Below are positions 9,578 to 19,205 of a stretch of 64,000 bases of DNA, piece after piece (the stretch's first letter is position 1; every line of letters starts with the position of its first letter). The position numbers were made by a program, and so were the translations under genes. The notes under the pieces are model-generated. The model did no database searches. It was given only the letters and a program-made list of their open reading frames with translations, and had not been told where the DNA came from. Source of the DNA: an uncultured Chloroflexia bacterium (lineage in GTDB: Bacteria; Chloroflexota; Chloroflexia; Thermomicrobiales; UBA6265). The stretch spans positions 802,576-866,575 of the forward strand of contig CAVRUC010000007.1 in the NCBI GenBank assembly GCA_963724295.1. Direction: 5' to 3'.

Positions 9578-11164
9578 CTAATCGCCCAGGAGCGTCGATG
9601 CCAGGCGCGGATCCTCCCCTTCGGTCACGGTGACGCGCTCGACCTCGGGAATCACGCCTCCGGCGACCCAGTGCATCACGTCGGCTTTGGTCGCCTCACC
9701 GCGGGCGAACTCGCGGATGACACGCCCTTTGTGAAATACCAGGATGCGGTCGCAGACTCCGATGGTCTCCTCGATCTCCGAGGAGGTGAACAGCAGGGCC
9801 AACCCCTGCCGGGCTAGCTCGTCGCACAGAAAATAGATCTCGGATTTCGCCCCGACGTCGATACCGCGCGTCGGGTCATTGAGGATCAGAATCTCGGGAC
9901 CAGTCGCCAGCCATTTGGCGACGACCACCTTTTGCTGGTTGCCGCCTGACAGATTGATCACCCGTTTGTCGATGCTATCGGTGGCCACGTTGAGCTTCCG
10001 CACGTAGTCGATCGCAAGTCCCCGCTCGCGGTCCCGGTCGATCATCCCCAGCCGGTCGAGGAGCTTGTCGAGCACAGCCAGGCTCGAGTTGCGCCGGATC
10101 GACCAGGAGGTCATCAACCCCTCGTCCCGGCGATTGGCCGGGATCAGCGCCAACCCATTGCGAATGGCTTCGAAGGGGGATCGTGGCGCGGCGCTGCGGC
10201 CCTTGTAGACCACTTCTCCCGCGGTCGGTTTGGCCAAACCAAAAAGAACCTGAAAGACGTCGTTGATCCCGGAGCCCTCGAGTCCGGCGAACCCCAGGAT
10301 CTCCCCGGCACGGACCTCGAAGTCAACCGGTCCAACCTGGCTGCCGGTGCGCAGCCCGCGCACGGCGACGACGACGGGCGCCTCCGCCGCAACGGCCTCG
10401 CGGTGAGGAAAGGTCTCACCCAGGTGTCGCCCGATCATCTGGGCGATCACGTCGGGGATCGACGTTTCGGCAACGGACCAGGTTCCCTGATAGCGACCAT
10501 CGCGAATGACCGAGATGCGGTCGGCAATGGCAAAGACTTCCTCCAGGCGATGCGAGACATAGATGATGGTCAGTCCCTTGTCCCGCAGCCGGCGCAGCAG
10601 CGCGAAAAGCCGTTCCGTCTCGGCGGCGCTGAGGGCCGAATTCGGCTCGTCCATGATGATGATCGCGGACTGTTGCTCCAGCGTTCGCGCTATCTCGACG
10701 AGCTGCTTTTCGGCAACGGAGAGCCTTCCCACCTTGGCATGAGGATCGAGATCGACGCCCATGGCGTCGAGAACCCGCTTCGTCGCCGTCACCATCTGAC
10801 GTTCGTCGAGCAGCCCCGGTCCGTGGGTCACTTCGCGATTCGCGAAGATATTGGCTGCCACCGACAGATGAGGAAAAAGATTCAGCTCCTGAAAGACGAT
10901 GCTGACGCCGAGCTTCCTGGCCTGCAAGGGATCGCCGATGACGACCGGTTCGCCACGCAGGATGAGCGACCCACTGTCCGGCTGGTACACGCCAGCCAGC
11001 ATCTTCATGATCGTCGACTTGCCGGCGCCGTTCTCCCCCACGACCGCGTGGATCTCACCAGGAGAGATTCCGAACGAGACCTCATTGACCGCGACGATGC
11101 CGCCGAAGCGTTTGGTGACCCGGTCCAGCCGGATGATGTCCTCGGTCGAGTTGGATTCAGTCAT
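9578..11164 (-). CDS. Monosaccharide (CUT2, RbsA-like) ABC ATP-binding protein
   Basis: GENGAGKST, IIMDEP, YVSHRL, LSGGNQQKV, PTRGIDVGAK. Confidence 0.93.
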   Translation of the reverse strand: MTESNSTEDIIRLDRVTKRFGGIVAVNEVSFGISPGEIHAVVGENGAGKSTIMKMLAGVYQPDSGSLILRGEPVVIGDPLQARKLGVSIVFQELNLFPHLSVAANIFANREVTHGPGLLDERQMVTATKRVLDAMGVDLDPHAKVGRLSVAEKQLVEIARTLEQQSAIIIMDEPNSALSAAETERLFALLRRLRDKGLTIIYVSHRLEEVFAIADRISVIRDGRYQGTWSVAETSIPDVIAQMIGRHLGETFPHREAVAAEAPVVVAVRGLRTGSQVGPVDFEVRAGEILGFAGLEGSGINDVFQVLFGLAKPTAGEVVYKGRSAAPRSPFEAIRNGLALIPANRRDEGLMTSWSIRRNSSLAVLDKLLDRLGMIDRDRERGLAIDYVRKLNVATDSIDKRVINLSGGNQQKVVVAKWLATGPEILILNDPTRGIDVGAKSEIYFLCDELARQGLALLFTSSEIEETIGVCDRILVFHKGRVIREFARGEATKADVMHWVAGGVIPEVERVTVTEGEDPRLASTLLGD

Positions 11165-11190
11165 GGCGATGCTTGTCGTGCCTGGCCATT

Positions 11191-11235
11191 CCCCCCTCTC
11201 CCGGCTCGACGGGAGAGGGGGTCAGGGGGTGAGGG
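11191..11235. repeat. REP-like palindrome CCCCCTCTCCC...GGGAGAGGGGG-TCAGGGGGTGAGGG
   Basis: 12-bp stem with 6-nt loop plus G-rich tail, between SBP and ATPase genes. Confidence 0.7.
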
Positions 11236-11280
11236 CGTACCGCCGCGATACGTCGCCCTCACCCGAAAACCGCTCAATAG

Positions 11281-12399
11281 TTACGGTTCCGGAGTAGCGC
11301 GAGGCATTCCCGGGTGTCGCAGATCATCATACGGCCGGGCTACGGCTTCGAGATCTGCGTAGTTCTCGGCTAGGTACTCCTGGTAGTAGTCGTACTGCAC
11401 TTGATTGTCTGTCTGCCGCGCGACGTAGTCGTCGACGTTCTCAGCCGTCACGATCTCGGTCGGGACCTCGATCCAGGCCTCCACGAGCGGCGTCCCGTTG
11501 ATCAGGTGCTCAGCGAGCATGCGCACCGGCAGATAGCCCTGCAGGTACTCCTGCTGGCCGAGAGTCACCTGGGCCCATCCGTCCTTGATCGCCTGCAGCG
11601 TCGGAGGATCGAGGTCGTAGCCGCCAATCAGCCACGAACCACCTGAGCGCTCCTTGATCTGGGAGAGGTTCGTGATATCCATCGAGCAGAGGCCGATGGC
11701 GCCGACCGCGTCGGGATTGGCCGCCAGGAAGTTCTCCCAGCGACTGTAGTTCTCCGGCAAGGGAATCTGGACGTCCTGCGTCTCAAGGATCTCGAAATTG
11801 GTTCCCTCGAATGCCTTGCGGACTCCAGCATCGCGATCCTGTAGTACTTGCGCCGCAGGAACGCAGGTGCCCATGGCGATCTTGCCTTCGGAGATGCCTG
11901 CTTCTTCGAACGCCTTGAGCATCTCCTCGCCCAGAATGACGCCGGAGTTGTACTCATCTTGGCCGACCCACGCGGTCAGCGCGGTTTCCAGCCCGGTCAC
12001 GTTTGCGCCAACCATTGGCACACCCGCGTCGGCCGCTTGCTGGATCGGGGTGATCCATAGGTCGCCTGGATTTGTGACGACGGCGATGCCATCGAATCCG
12101 CGTTGCAACGCGGTCTCGAAGAGCGCCTGGTGCGTCGGAGTGTCAAAGGACGCGTCGCCAAAGACCTCGAGCGTGACGCCCATATCTCGCGCCGCGTCTT
12201 CGGCGCCGGTCTTCATACGCTCGGTGAAGGTATTCAACCCGTGCAGGACGTATGCAATTTCGACGTCGCTGTGATCCGCCGCGGGCGTTGCATCCTGGGC
12301 CCCTGCAGTGGTACCGAGGACCGGCGTTGCAACAAGGAAAAGTGCCAGCGTCAATGCAAATAACGTGCGTAGTCGATTCACTTCAGTGCTCCCTTGCAT
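11281..12399 (-). CDS. Sugar ABC substrate-binding protein (RbsB/periplasmic binding protein type 1)
   Basis: Signal peptide, AWVGQDEYNSG, GGYDL, TLGQQEYLQGY. Confidence 0.88.
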   Translation of the reverse strand: MQGSTEVNRLRTLFALTLALFLVATPVLGTTAGAQDATPAADHSDVEIAYVLHGLNTFTERMKTGAEDAARDMGVTLEVFGDASFDTPTHQALFETALQRGFDGIAVVTNPGDLWITPIQQAADAGVPMVGANVTGLETALTAWVGQDEYNSGVILGEEMLKAFEEAGISEGKIAMGTCVPAAQVLQDRDAGVRKAFEGTNFEILETQDVQIPLPENYSRWENFLAANPDAVGAIGLCSMDITNLSQIKERSGGSWLIGGYDLDPPTLQAIKDGWAQVTLGQQEYLQGYLPVRMLAEHLINGTPLVEAWIEVPTEIVTAENVDDYVARQTDNQVQYDYYQEYLAENYADLEAVARPYDDLRHPGMPRATPEP

Positions 12400-12543
12400 C
12401 TGTCGCCCGGCATCAGGACGACCGCTTCATTTCCTGTCGCCGGGCTGTGAAACGCGTTTCAGACAGTCGATGTCCCACCGTTTGTCGTTCCCACCTCCCT
12501 TTCCCGCAAGGCCCAACTGAGCCAGGCACAATTCGGCGCAGTG

Positions 12544-13596
12544 CTAGGAGCGCCGCTTTATGAGGTAGTCGAGGGTCACGGCGGCAATGACCACGATCCC
12601 GGTGACGGCGGTAGACCACGCTGGAGGAACCGCCAGCAGCGCCAGCCCGTTCTGGATCAACGCAATGATCAGTGCCCCGAGGATGGCGCCCAATACCGAA
12701 CCGGAGCCACCGGTCAACGCCGTACCGCCGATGATTGTCGCCGCGATGACTCCGAGCTCCGTGCCAACGCCAACCGTCGGGTTGCCGTTGCGATTGAAAG
12801 CAAGAGCGACGACGGCAGCGATCCCGACGAAGAAACCCATCAGGGTCATGACCAGGATTCGGGTGCGCGAGATCCGAATACCGGAGAACAACGCGGCCTG
12901 GCGATTGCTGCCAATCGCCTGCACGCGGCGGCCGAACACCGTCTGGTTGAACAACACCCAGCCGACAATACCTACGATGAGCATGGCCCAGACGCTGATC
13001 CAAATACCGAGGACGGGGTCGCGACCGCCGATCCAGTCAAAGAACCAGGTTTCGAGGTTGTAACCCGATACCGGCGTCGCATTGGTCACGACGAGTCCTA
13101 GACCGCGGTAGAGGCTGAGCGTCCCCAGAGTCACGATAATGGTCGGGATGCCGAGTGCGACACTCAGCACGCCGTTCAACAGCCCGCACACCGTCGCCAC
13201 AACCATGCAGACGGCAACCGCGACCCAGATTTCATAGCCCTCGCGGAGCGCGATAGCCATCATTACGCTGCTCAACATCCAGATCGATCCGACGGAGAGA
13301 TCGATGTCGCCCATAGCGATGACGAAGACCATCCCCACCGCCATGATCCCGACGTACGACGCCTGGCGCGAGACATTGATGACATTTTGCGCGGTAAGGA
13401 AGGTGTCCGGGACCAGCACGGCCAGCAACACGATCAGGATGATCAGGGCGCCAATGACGCCGATCTCGTCGACCTGGCCGATCCGGCGCGCCAGGGAGCG
13501 CAGCCCCCTTTGGGGCGGTTCTTCCCTGACAGGTAGCCCGATCGTCGACTCACCCATCGCCGTTGCCTCCACCCTTTCGCCGGACCTGCCGATCAC
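12544..13596 (-). CDS. Sugar ABC permease (RbsC-like)
   Basis: GDIDLSVGS, IPTIIVTLG, GRRVQAIGSN, IAATIIGGTALTGG. Confidence 0.92.
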   Translation of the reverse strand: MIGRSGERVEATAMGESTIGLPVREEPPQRGLRSLARRIGQVDEIGVIGALIILIVLLAVLVPDTFLTAQNVINVSRQASYVGIMAVGMVFVIAMGDIDLSVGSIWMLSSVMMAIALREGYEIWVAVAVCMVVATVCGLLNGVLSVALGIPTIIVTLGTLSLYRGLGLVVTNATPVSGYNLETWFFDWIGGRDPVLGIWISVWAMLIVGIVGWVLFNQTVFGRRVQAIGSNRQAALFSGIRISRTRILVMTLMGFFVGIAAVVALAFNRNGNPTVGVGTELGVIAATIIGGTALTGGSGSVLGAILGALIIALIQNGLALLAVPPAWSTAVTGIVVIAAVTLDYLIKRRS

Positions 13597-13608
13597 CGCC
13601 GGTTGCGC

Positions 13609-15567
13609 TCATGCGGGGGCACTCTTGACATCGACGGTGGCCAACCCAAATGGCGGCAGGTCGATATTCACTGCCCCATCCGTCACGGCGACCGGTTGCG
13701 CTGAGCTCCGAAATTCGACTGGATTGGTGGCTGCGAGATAAACCGTTCGACCGTCGAGACGGCGGACAGTCGCGGTGTCCAGCCCCGGAATCTCCAGAGA
13801 GACGGACACCGGTTCATCGCCCATGTTCGCCAGGATGACACGCATCCGCTCGCCGTCGCGCAGCGCCAGCGCCTGCACGCGGAGCCCGTCGCCCAGCGTG
13901 ACCGGCAGAATCTGTCCACCCGCGAGCTCGCCGACATCGGCCAGCACGTGATAGACGGGAAACACCATCCCCGGCCAGGAGTGGAACTTGCCGATGCGCA
14001 ACGGGTGATCCCGCCGCTCGATGAGTCCTCTCCAGCCGGTGGTTTCGAAGTAGGTGAGGGCATCGACACCGGCGTTGCCGAGCGCGTTGAGGCTACCGGC
14101 AAGCCAGCCGGCGGCGAAGAGTGATGGCTGGCGGTAATCGACTGACGAGGGCAGCTCGCCCGGGGCCGGTTCCGGATCTGGCCCGGTCGCGTTCGGATTG
14201 AACGGCGGGCGCAGGGTGATTGGCCCGACCACGAGCGGCCGGTCACCGACGATCGCGCGGGCGCTGCGAACGGTCTCGGGCTGAGCCGCCAGCGTCTCTG
14301 TCAGCGAGGCGTTGTCGAACGCATGCACCTGCGGATTGAGGGTGTAGCTGACCACGTCCATGGTGTCGAGCGGTAGCGTGGCGCGGTTCAGCTCGGTGAA
14401 ATAGGCTCGCGTGCCACCACCAACGAGTGTCTCGACACCAGCCTGCGTGAGCGCCTCGCGCGCCGCGGCGAGGACCGTCTCATCGGTGACCATCTCCCCG
14501 CCGGCAAAGACCAGCACCCGGGCGACGTCGACCTCTGATGCCGACAGGGTATCGGCGAGATCCTTCAGTCCAGCGCCGCCGGCGCCGGCGATCGCTTCGA
14601 CCGCCAGGGCGGCGCCGAGCACCCCCGCTTCCTGTCTCGCCCGTGCCAGGGATTCCCGCCAGTCTGACTCCGTGAGGTCGAGCGCGACATGGAGATGTGC
14701 TGGCCGGAGCGCCCGCAGCAGTGCCACGTCTTCGTCGCCGAGCGGCGCGCCGTGGCTGGCCACGCCGAGACCAATCGGCGGGATGGCTCGGCCGCGCGAC
14801 GGATCGACGGTGACCCGCACCGGCCCGCCAGGTGCGGGAGTCGCGACCTCGCCGCCTCGCGCCTCGATCGTCACCCGCTGCCAGACTCGGTCTCCTTCGT
14901 GAATCTCAACCGGATACGGCAGCCGCAGCGGCGTCGAATAGGTCTTGTAGGAGGCGTCGGTCCAGTTGCGCTGATCCTCCATTTCCCAGAGGTCGCCTTC
15001 GAACCGGATCGAGATCTCACCGCTCGTCGTCGCGTGCGTGATCGACTGCATATCGATGAATGGCTGATGGGGTGAGATCAGGTCGGGAAACGCGCCCGCA
15101 ACCGTGCCCCGCGGCGTCTCGACCGTGGCCTCGATACCGGCGAGCTCCATGGGATGGAGAACGCACCAGCCGATTCGGTTTCTCAGGAAGTTCTTGCGCG
15201 CCACGCCGTCCATCGTCGCGGTGATCACGCCGTCGCGGCTGCCGGTGATCGACCCCTGCCATTTGAAATCGACGTCGTTGCTGACGTTCTCCGCGACGAA
15301 GCGCACCGCGAACCCATCGTCCTCCTGGTCCAGCTCATAGCTGAGGAATCTCGGCTCGATCGTGTTCCAGTTGCGGTCGCGGATCGCGGCGTAGAGGCGA
15401 AGCACGACAGTGTCGGCGCCCAGCTTCACATAGCGCAGATCGCCGCCTTCCAGAACGGCTGTCAATGGGCCGGCCCGTAGGTGGTGGCGTCGAGGCAGTG
15501 GCTCGTTCTGGCCATACTGGCTCACCGGCGCCGGAAACGCGACTCGTTCTCCCTGGTGCTCAACCAT
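13609..15567 (-). CDS. apnL: D-apionate lactonase (ApnL)-like protein
   Basis: LRAGPL..DLRY..RDRNW, NRIGWCVLHP, WEMEDQRNWTDASYKTY..PL..PYP, GGGT..YFTELNR, PQVHAFD, D.RQ.SLFAAGW match the ApnL family as recalled; start 15567 or 15621; substrate unproven. Confidence 0.72.
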   Translation of the reverse strand: MVEHQGERVAFPAPVSQYGQNEPLPRRHHLRAGPLTAVLEGGDLRYVKLGADTVVLRLYAAIRDRNWNTIEPRFLSYELDQEDDGFAVRFVAENVSNDVDFKWQGSITGSRDGVITATMDGVARKNFLRNRIGWCVLHPMELAGIEATVETPRGTVAGAFPDLISPHQPFIDMQSITHATTSGEISIRFEGDLWEMEDQRNWTDASYKTYSTPLRLPYPVEIHEGDRVWQRVTIEARGGEVATPAPGGPVRVTVDPSRGRAIPPIGLGVASHGAPLGDEDVALLRALRPAHLHVALDLTESDWRESLARARQEAGVLGAALAVEAIAGAGGAGLKDLADTLSASEVDVARVLVFAGGEMVTDETVLAAAREALTQAGVETLVGGGTRAYFTELNRATLPLDTMDVVSYTLNPQVHAFDNASLTETLAAQPETVRSARAIVGDRPLVVGPITLRPPFNPNATGPDPEPAPGELPSSVDYRQPSLFAAGWLAGSLNALGNAGVDALTYFETTGWRGLIERRDHPLRIGKFHSWPGMVFPVYHVLADVGELAGGQILPVTLGDGLRVQALALRDGERMRVILANMGDEPVSVSLEIPGLDTATVRRLDGRTVYLAATNPVEFRSSAQPVAVTDGAVNIDLPPFGLATVDVKSAPA

Positions 15568-15586
15568 GTCACTCTGGTCTCCGGGT

Positions 15587-16360
15587 TCAGGAAACACTTT
15601 TCGCGGCAGCGCTCGGGTCAATCAGGTCCGCGTCACCGGAGGCGCGGTCGAGCGTGGCCTGCAGGCGCCCGGCGGCGGAGCGCATGTGCGCGTCCATGGC
15701 TTCCTCCGCTGCCCGCTCATCCCGCGCCCGCACGGCCTCGAAGATGGGGACGTGCTCGGCGTAGGAGATATCTCGATAGCCCTCCGCGATCACCCGTCCG
15801 ATCCAGGCCCGGAGCAGCGCCTGGATACTGGAGAGCACATCGCGCAGGGCCGAGTTCCGCGCCGTTTCTGCCAGCCGCAGGTGGAACTCGACGTCGGCAT
15901 CGACAAAGGCCGCGGTCCGCGCGCCATCGCGCGACTCTTGCTCCATGCGAGCGAGGATGTGGGCGAGATCGCCGAGATCGTCCTCGGTGCGCCGTTGCGC
16001 GGCCAACCCGGCGATATCGACTTCGATTTTTTGCCGCGCTTCGACGAGATCGATGGTGCGCTGCTCGCCCAGCAGCAGACCCCACTCCACGACCTGGGGC
16101 AAGAGCGACGAGTCCGGTCGCTTGAGGTAGGTTCCATCCCCATGCCGGACCTCGATCAGACCGATCAGGGTGAGTGCCGCGATCGCCTCTCGCACGGCCG
16201 AGCGGCCAACCCCGAATGCCTCCGCCAGCTGCCGCTCCGACGGCATGCGGCCTCCGGGCTCGACCCCACCTGACAGCAGGTAGTCGACCAGTCGCCGCGC
16301 GACCTCGGCCGCCAGCGGTTCGCGCCGGATTGGCGCCACGTTCGGCAATGGGCCGCTCAC
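15587..16360 (-). CDS. GntR family (FadR/FCD) transcriptional regulator
   Basis: MPSERQLAEAFGVGRSAVREA..G.GTY wHTH; DVEFH..RN..EH..H FCD domain. Confidence 0.93.
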   Translation of the reverse strand: MSGPLPNVAPIRREPLAAEVARRLVDYLLSGGVEPGGRMPSERQLAEAFGVGRSAVREAIAALTLIGLIEVRHGDGTYLKRPDSSLLPQVVEWGLLLGEQRTIDLVEARQKIEVDIAGLAAQRRTEDDLGDLAHILARMEQESRDGARTAAFVDADVEFHLRLAETARNSALRDVLSSIQALLRAWIGRVIAEGYRDISYAEHVPIFEAVRARDERAAEEAMDAHMRSAAGRLQATLDRASGDADLIDPSAAAKSVS

Positions 16361-17244
16361 GACCCGGCTCCCGTCTCGCGCTCGCGGTCTGGCCGCATGT
16401 CAGCGGCCAGACCGCGATCCCGCCGTTCACGAAGTGGCCCCGTCGTCTCAGGCGACTCGTCGAGCCACCGCCGCAGGTTCTCGAGCGAGGTCGCCGTCGA
16501 CAGCGCCGGCCAGAGCAGGTTCGCCACCCGCTCGAACGTCGCCGCGCCGCCGAGCGCCGCCGTTTGAAACGGCCCTGTGTAGCGCCAGCGCCGCGCCAAC
16601 CCGTCCCGCACGATCTCGTCGACTGTCGCCGGTGAGGCGACCCCGTTCTCTACCAGCCAGACCGCCTCCCGGAGGAGCGCAAGCTGGAGCCGGTTCCAGG
16701 CGAACCCCTGCACGTCGCGCTCGACGAGCACCGGCCGCTTGCCCAGTTCCCGCAGGGTCGACGTCATTGCTGTGACAACACCCTCAGCGGTCTCGTCGCC
16801 ACGAATGACCTCGACCATCGGCATCAGCAGCGGAGGATTCCAGTAGTGCACGCCGACGGTGCGCTCGCCCGCCTCGATCGCGGCGCCGATGGCCGTGATC
16901 GGGATCGAGGAGGTATTGGAGGCGACGACGGCGTCGGGATTGCGGGCCACGACCGGCAGCAGCGCCTCCTTCTTCGCCACCAGATCCTCGACGACCGACT
17001 CGACGATGATGTGCGCGCCGTCGGCGCCGGCGCTCTCCTCCCCAATCGTCATCCGCTTACGCGCCCGAGCGACGTCTTCAGGATTGGCCAGCCCGTGCAC
17101 ACGCGCGGTAGAAAACCCACTCTCGATCCGCTCGCCGGCGACATCCGGGCGGCGGGCGAGGACCACGACCTCGTGACCGCCAAGCGCGTACTCACACGCG
17201 ATGTGCGATCCCATCAACCCCGGGCCGAGGAGGACGATCTTCAC
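16357..17244 (-). CDS. 3-hydroxyacyl-CoA dehydrogenase / L-gulonate 3-dehydrogenase-like NAD oxidoreductase
   Basis: GPGLMG, ESVVED..KK, SNTSS, HYWNPP, GFAWNRLQ, GPFQ. Confidence 0.85.
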   Translation of the reverse strand: MKIVLLGPGLMGSHIACEYALGGHEVVVLARRPDVAGERIESGFSTARVHGLANPEDVARARKRMTIGEESAGADGAHIIVESVVEDLVAKKEALLPVVARNPDAVVASNTSSIPITAIGAAIEAGERTVGVHYWNPPLLMPMVEVIRGDETAEGVVTAMTSTLRELGKRPVLVERDVQGFAWNRLQLALLREAVWLVENGVASPATVDEIVRDGLARRWRYTGPFQTAALGGAATFERVANLLWPALSTATSLENLRRWLDESPETTGPLRERRDRGLAADMRPDRERETGAGS

Positions 17245-17259
17245 CTGCCGGTCCTCCCC

Positions 17260-18171
17260 CTAGCCGCGGACGGCGCCGAGCGTCAGCCCGCGCACGAAAT
17301 GCCGCTGCACCAACAGCGCGAGCGCAAACACGGGCACCATGGCGACGACGGCCAGCGCGGATGCCTGACCCCAGTTCGAGCCCTGGGATCCCGAGAAACC
17401 GGCGATGGCCACGGGCAGCGTGACCGCCTTGGTCCGCGTGAAGACGACCGCGAAGAGGAACTCCATCCAGCTGAAGATGAAGGCGAAGGTTCCGGTCGCA
17501 ATCAGCCCGGGCACCGCCAGCGGTAGCGTGATGCGTCGGAACGCTCCGAACCGCGTCGAACCATCGACGAGCGCGCTCTCCTCGATCTCGGCAGGAACCG
17601 CCTCGAAATACGAGCGCATCATCCAGATAACGAAGGGCAGATTGAAGACAGTGTAGAGCGCGATCAGCGCGGCGTGTGAGTCGAGTCCCAGCGCGGGGTT
17701 GATGCGCCCCAAGTCCCGCAATAACAGGAAAAACGGGACGATAAGGACGACGGGAGGCATCAACCGTTGCGACAGTAGCCAGAACGCAAAATGGCGTCCG
17801 CCTGTATTGAGCCGCGCCAGACTGTACGCCGCCAGGCTACCAACGAGCATCGAGAGAAACGTCGCACCAGTGGCGATGATCACGCTGTTCTTCAGGGCCA
17901 GGTTGCCCCGCTGCGCCATCACGTTCTGGTAGTGGACCAGCGTGGGGTTCCGGGGTATCCAGACCGGCGGGTTGCTCAGAAATTCGGCGGGCATCTTCAC
18001 GGAAGTGGCGATCACCCAGAAGATTGGGAAGAGACAGAAGACCAGCACCACGAGGAGCACCACGTATCGTGCGGCCGTGCGCACTGCGCGCCAGCGGTCT
18101 CGCCGGACCCCAGCCAGCGTTTGGACGTGATGCCCTGCCAGTGTCCCAGCATGGCTACTGGCGGCGCTCAT
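17260..18171 (-). CDS. Carbohydrate ABC (CUT1) permease
   Basis: EESALVDG EAA loop, multi-TM, FVRGLTLGAV. Confidence 0.92.
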   Translation of the reverse strand: MSAASSHAGTLAGHHVQTLAGVRRDRWRAVRTAARYVVLLVVLVFCLFPIFWVIATSVKMPAEFLSNPPVWIPRNPTLVHYQNVMAQRGNLALKNSVIIATGATFLSMLVGSLAAYSLARLNTGGRHFAFWLLSQRLMPPVVLIVPFFLLLRDLGRINPALGLDSHAALIALYTVFNLPFVIWMMRSYFEAVPAEIEESALVDGSTRFGAFRRITLPLAVPGLIATGTFAFIFSWMEFLFAVVFTRTKAVTLPVAIAGFSGSQGSNWGQASALAVVAMVPVFALALLVQRHFVRGLTLGAVRG

Positions 18172-19100
18172 GTGTCTGACCTACGCACGAACAGCCCAAC
18201 GTAGATCGTGGCGACAATTGTCAGCAAGATCACGACGATGAATGAAACCGCGGAGGCATAGCCGAGACGGAAGAACTTGAAGCCGAGCTGGTAGATGTAC
18301 CAGGAAATCGATTCAGTGGACGTGCCTGGGGCGCCCTGGGTGAACATGTAGACCAGATCGAAGACCTTGAACGCATCGAGCGCGCGGAAGAGGATGGCGA
18401 CCGCGATCACTTTCGCGATCCCTGGCAGCGATACGTCGCGCAGGGCCTGCCACCACCCCGCGCCATCGAGCGACGCCGCCTCGTAGAGCTCGGGATTGAC
18501 ACTTGAGAGCGCGGCCAGCAGGACGAGGAACATGAACGGCGTCCACTGCCAGACGTCGGTAACGATCATGGCGAAGAGCGCGGTATCGCGGTGGGCCAGC
18601 CACAAGATGTTGACGTCGCGGCCGGCGATCCAGCTCAGCGTCTGATTGATGGCGCCATACTGGTTGTCCCACAACATGCGCCAGGTCAGGCCGACCACGA
18701 TCGGGACGACCATCACCGGGAGCATCAGGAGCGGCATCGCGAACCGCTTGCCCCTGAAATCACCGACGAAGATCAGGGCCAGTCCAAGCCCGAGGAGAAA
18801 CTCGACAGCCACAGCGCAGGTAACGATGATCCCCGTGTTCAGGAATGCTCCCCAGACCCGAGGATCGATGAGGGCATCGCGATAGTTCTGGAGACCGATG
18901 AACGGGTGCTCCTGGCTCTGCAGATCCCAGCGCTGAAAGCTGAGGGACAGCGATTGGATCAGCGGGAAGACAGTCAATCCCAGGATGAGTAGTAACGCGG
19001 GCAAGACAAAGAGCCAGCCCTCGATACGCCGTCTTGTGGCGTAGCCTGCGCCAGCGGGCGCGATTGTCGCTTGAGCAGGGGCTGTCTCGACCAAGTCCAC
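18168..19100 (-). CDS. Carbohydrate ABC (CUT1) permease
   Basis: FIGLQNY, WQWTPF, YEAASLDGA; GTG 19100 with AAAAGGA RBS. Confidence 0.92.
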   Translation of the reverse strand: MDLVETAPAQATIAPAGAGYATRRRIEGWLFVLPALLLILGLTVFPLIQSLSLSFQRWDLQSQEHPFIGLQNYRDALIDPRVWGAFLNTGIIVTCAVAVEFLLGLGLALIFVGDFRGKRFAMPLLMLPVMVVPIVVGLTWRMLWDNQYGAINQTLSWIAGRDVNILWLAHRDTALFAMIVTDVWQWTPFMFLVLLAALSSVNPELYEAASLDGAGWWQALRDVSLPGIAKVIAVAILFRALDAFKVFDLVYMFTQGAPGTSTESISWYIYQLGFKFFRLGYASAVSFIVVILLTIVATIYVGLFVRRSDT

Positions 19101-19154
19101 TGCAGTGTCCTTTTGCCCGCGCACAGGGCGCTGCCTCGAGGGATCTCCGCGTGG

Positions 19155-19201
19155 GATTCGTGGCGCCCGTCGCGCTCATCGAACAACGGGCGCCACGAAT
19201 C
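19155..19201. terminator. 16-bp stem-loop just 3' of the SBP gene (mRNA stabiliser or partial terminator)
   Basis: GATTCGTGGCGCCCGT (19155-19170) / ACGGGCGCCACGAATC (19186-19201). Confidence 0.65.
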
Positions 19202-19205
19202 GGGA

